A stretch of 62,003 bases of DNA, the filler included, from Basidiobolus ranarum (lineage: Eukaryota), in assembly GCA_040143965.1 (NCBI GenBank). It is 2 parts of 2 records of this genome, joined end to end, with 100 filler letters (N's around TTAATTAATTAA, not from the genome) between each part and the next. Parts side by side here need not be neighbours in the genome. Positions count along the whole stretch, not along the records: positions 31,059 to 62,003 come from JASJQH010006970.1; 1 more part is not named here. The stretch is one strand, 5' to 3'. Under the pieces are notes generated by a model, which searched no databases, was not told the DNA's origin, and saw nothing but the letters and a program-made list of their open reading frames with translations. Shown here piece by piece: positions 61,786-62,003 of the stretch. The number at the start of each line of letters is the position of its first letter. Position 1 is the first letter of the stretch. Position numbers and translations under genes: made by a program.

Positions 61786-62003
61786 GGGGGGGGATGAAAA
61801 GCACCAGATGGTATGGACTTTATTTAGCTTAAATACTAATCTAAACAAAGTGACAATCAAGATATCAATCTTTTAAGATATTATGACAATATTGGATCAT
61901 ATCCATACTTAACCTGATGACCAATGTAATCAAGCTCAGAGGATGTAAATATAGTGTTAAGGGGCAAAGGTGGTAAGCAGAAAGGAAGGTACTCAGTACA
62001 AAC
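61786..62003 (-). mobile_element. Unclassified element, copy 3 (runs off window)
   Basis: ATA|GGGGGGGGATGAAAAGCACC terminus and the same ORF tail as copy 2. Confidence 0.7.

Noticed and set aside
1-62003. tRNA, rRNA or snRNA genes
   Set aside because: GTTCGA-like matches (~28651, ~34009, ~35340) lack cloverleaf context. None was recognised by eye, though a covariance search could still find small RNAs.

Overview
Intron-rich, AT-rich eukaryotic DNA from an early-diverging fungus. Basidiobolus/Zoopagomycota-like is an inference from gene content: Integrator INTS7, UXT, a minor-spliceosome intron, a trypsin, a CBM19-like protein and PAS-only and Kre9-like proteins. About 25 protein genes are supported, in order: OPA3, a PAS protein, a Kre9-like GPI protein, a PAP2 phosphatase, ZNG1/CobW, PEX7, cactin, CPA1, LHS1, a CaMK, a forkhead TF, a single-pass membrane protein, two tandem C2H2 TFs, a DEK-C/SWIB protein, a PDK/BCKDK kinase, a Pcl cyclin, INTS7, UXT, a CBM19-like peptide, a trypsin, a 4CL-like ligase, an SSS transporter and a GPI protein. 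The window also holds an intron-retaining IMP3 pseudogene, three CpG-depleted transposon patches (copia LTRs, a Tc1 relic and an unclassified element family) and an artificial 100-nt assembly spacer. The most notable signals are invisible in the ORF track: (1) an intron-split arginine attenuator peptide uORF with D12/Y13/W19 conserved upstream of CPA1, plus Gcn4-type sites; (2) a canonical U12-type AT-AC intron inside a fungal INTS7; (3) a tandem-duplicated METAP1-docking motif in ZNG1; (4) a nested stack of an unclassified element that broke a secreted-protein gene. Spliced gene models were read by eye, so internal exon boundaries are approximate unless stated.
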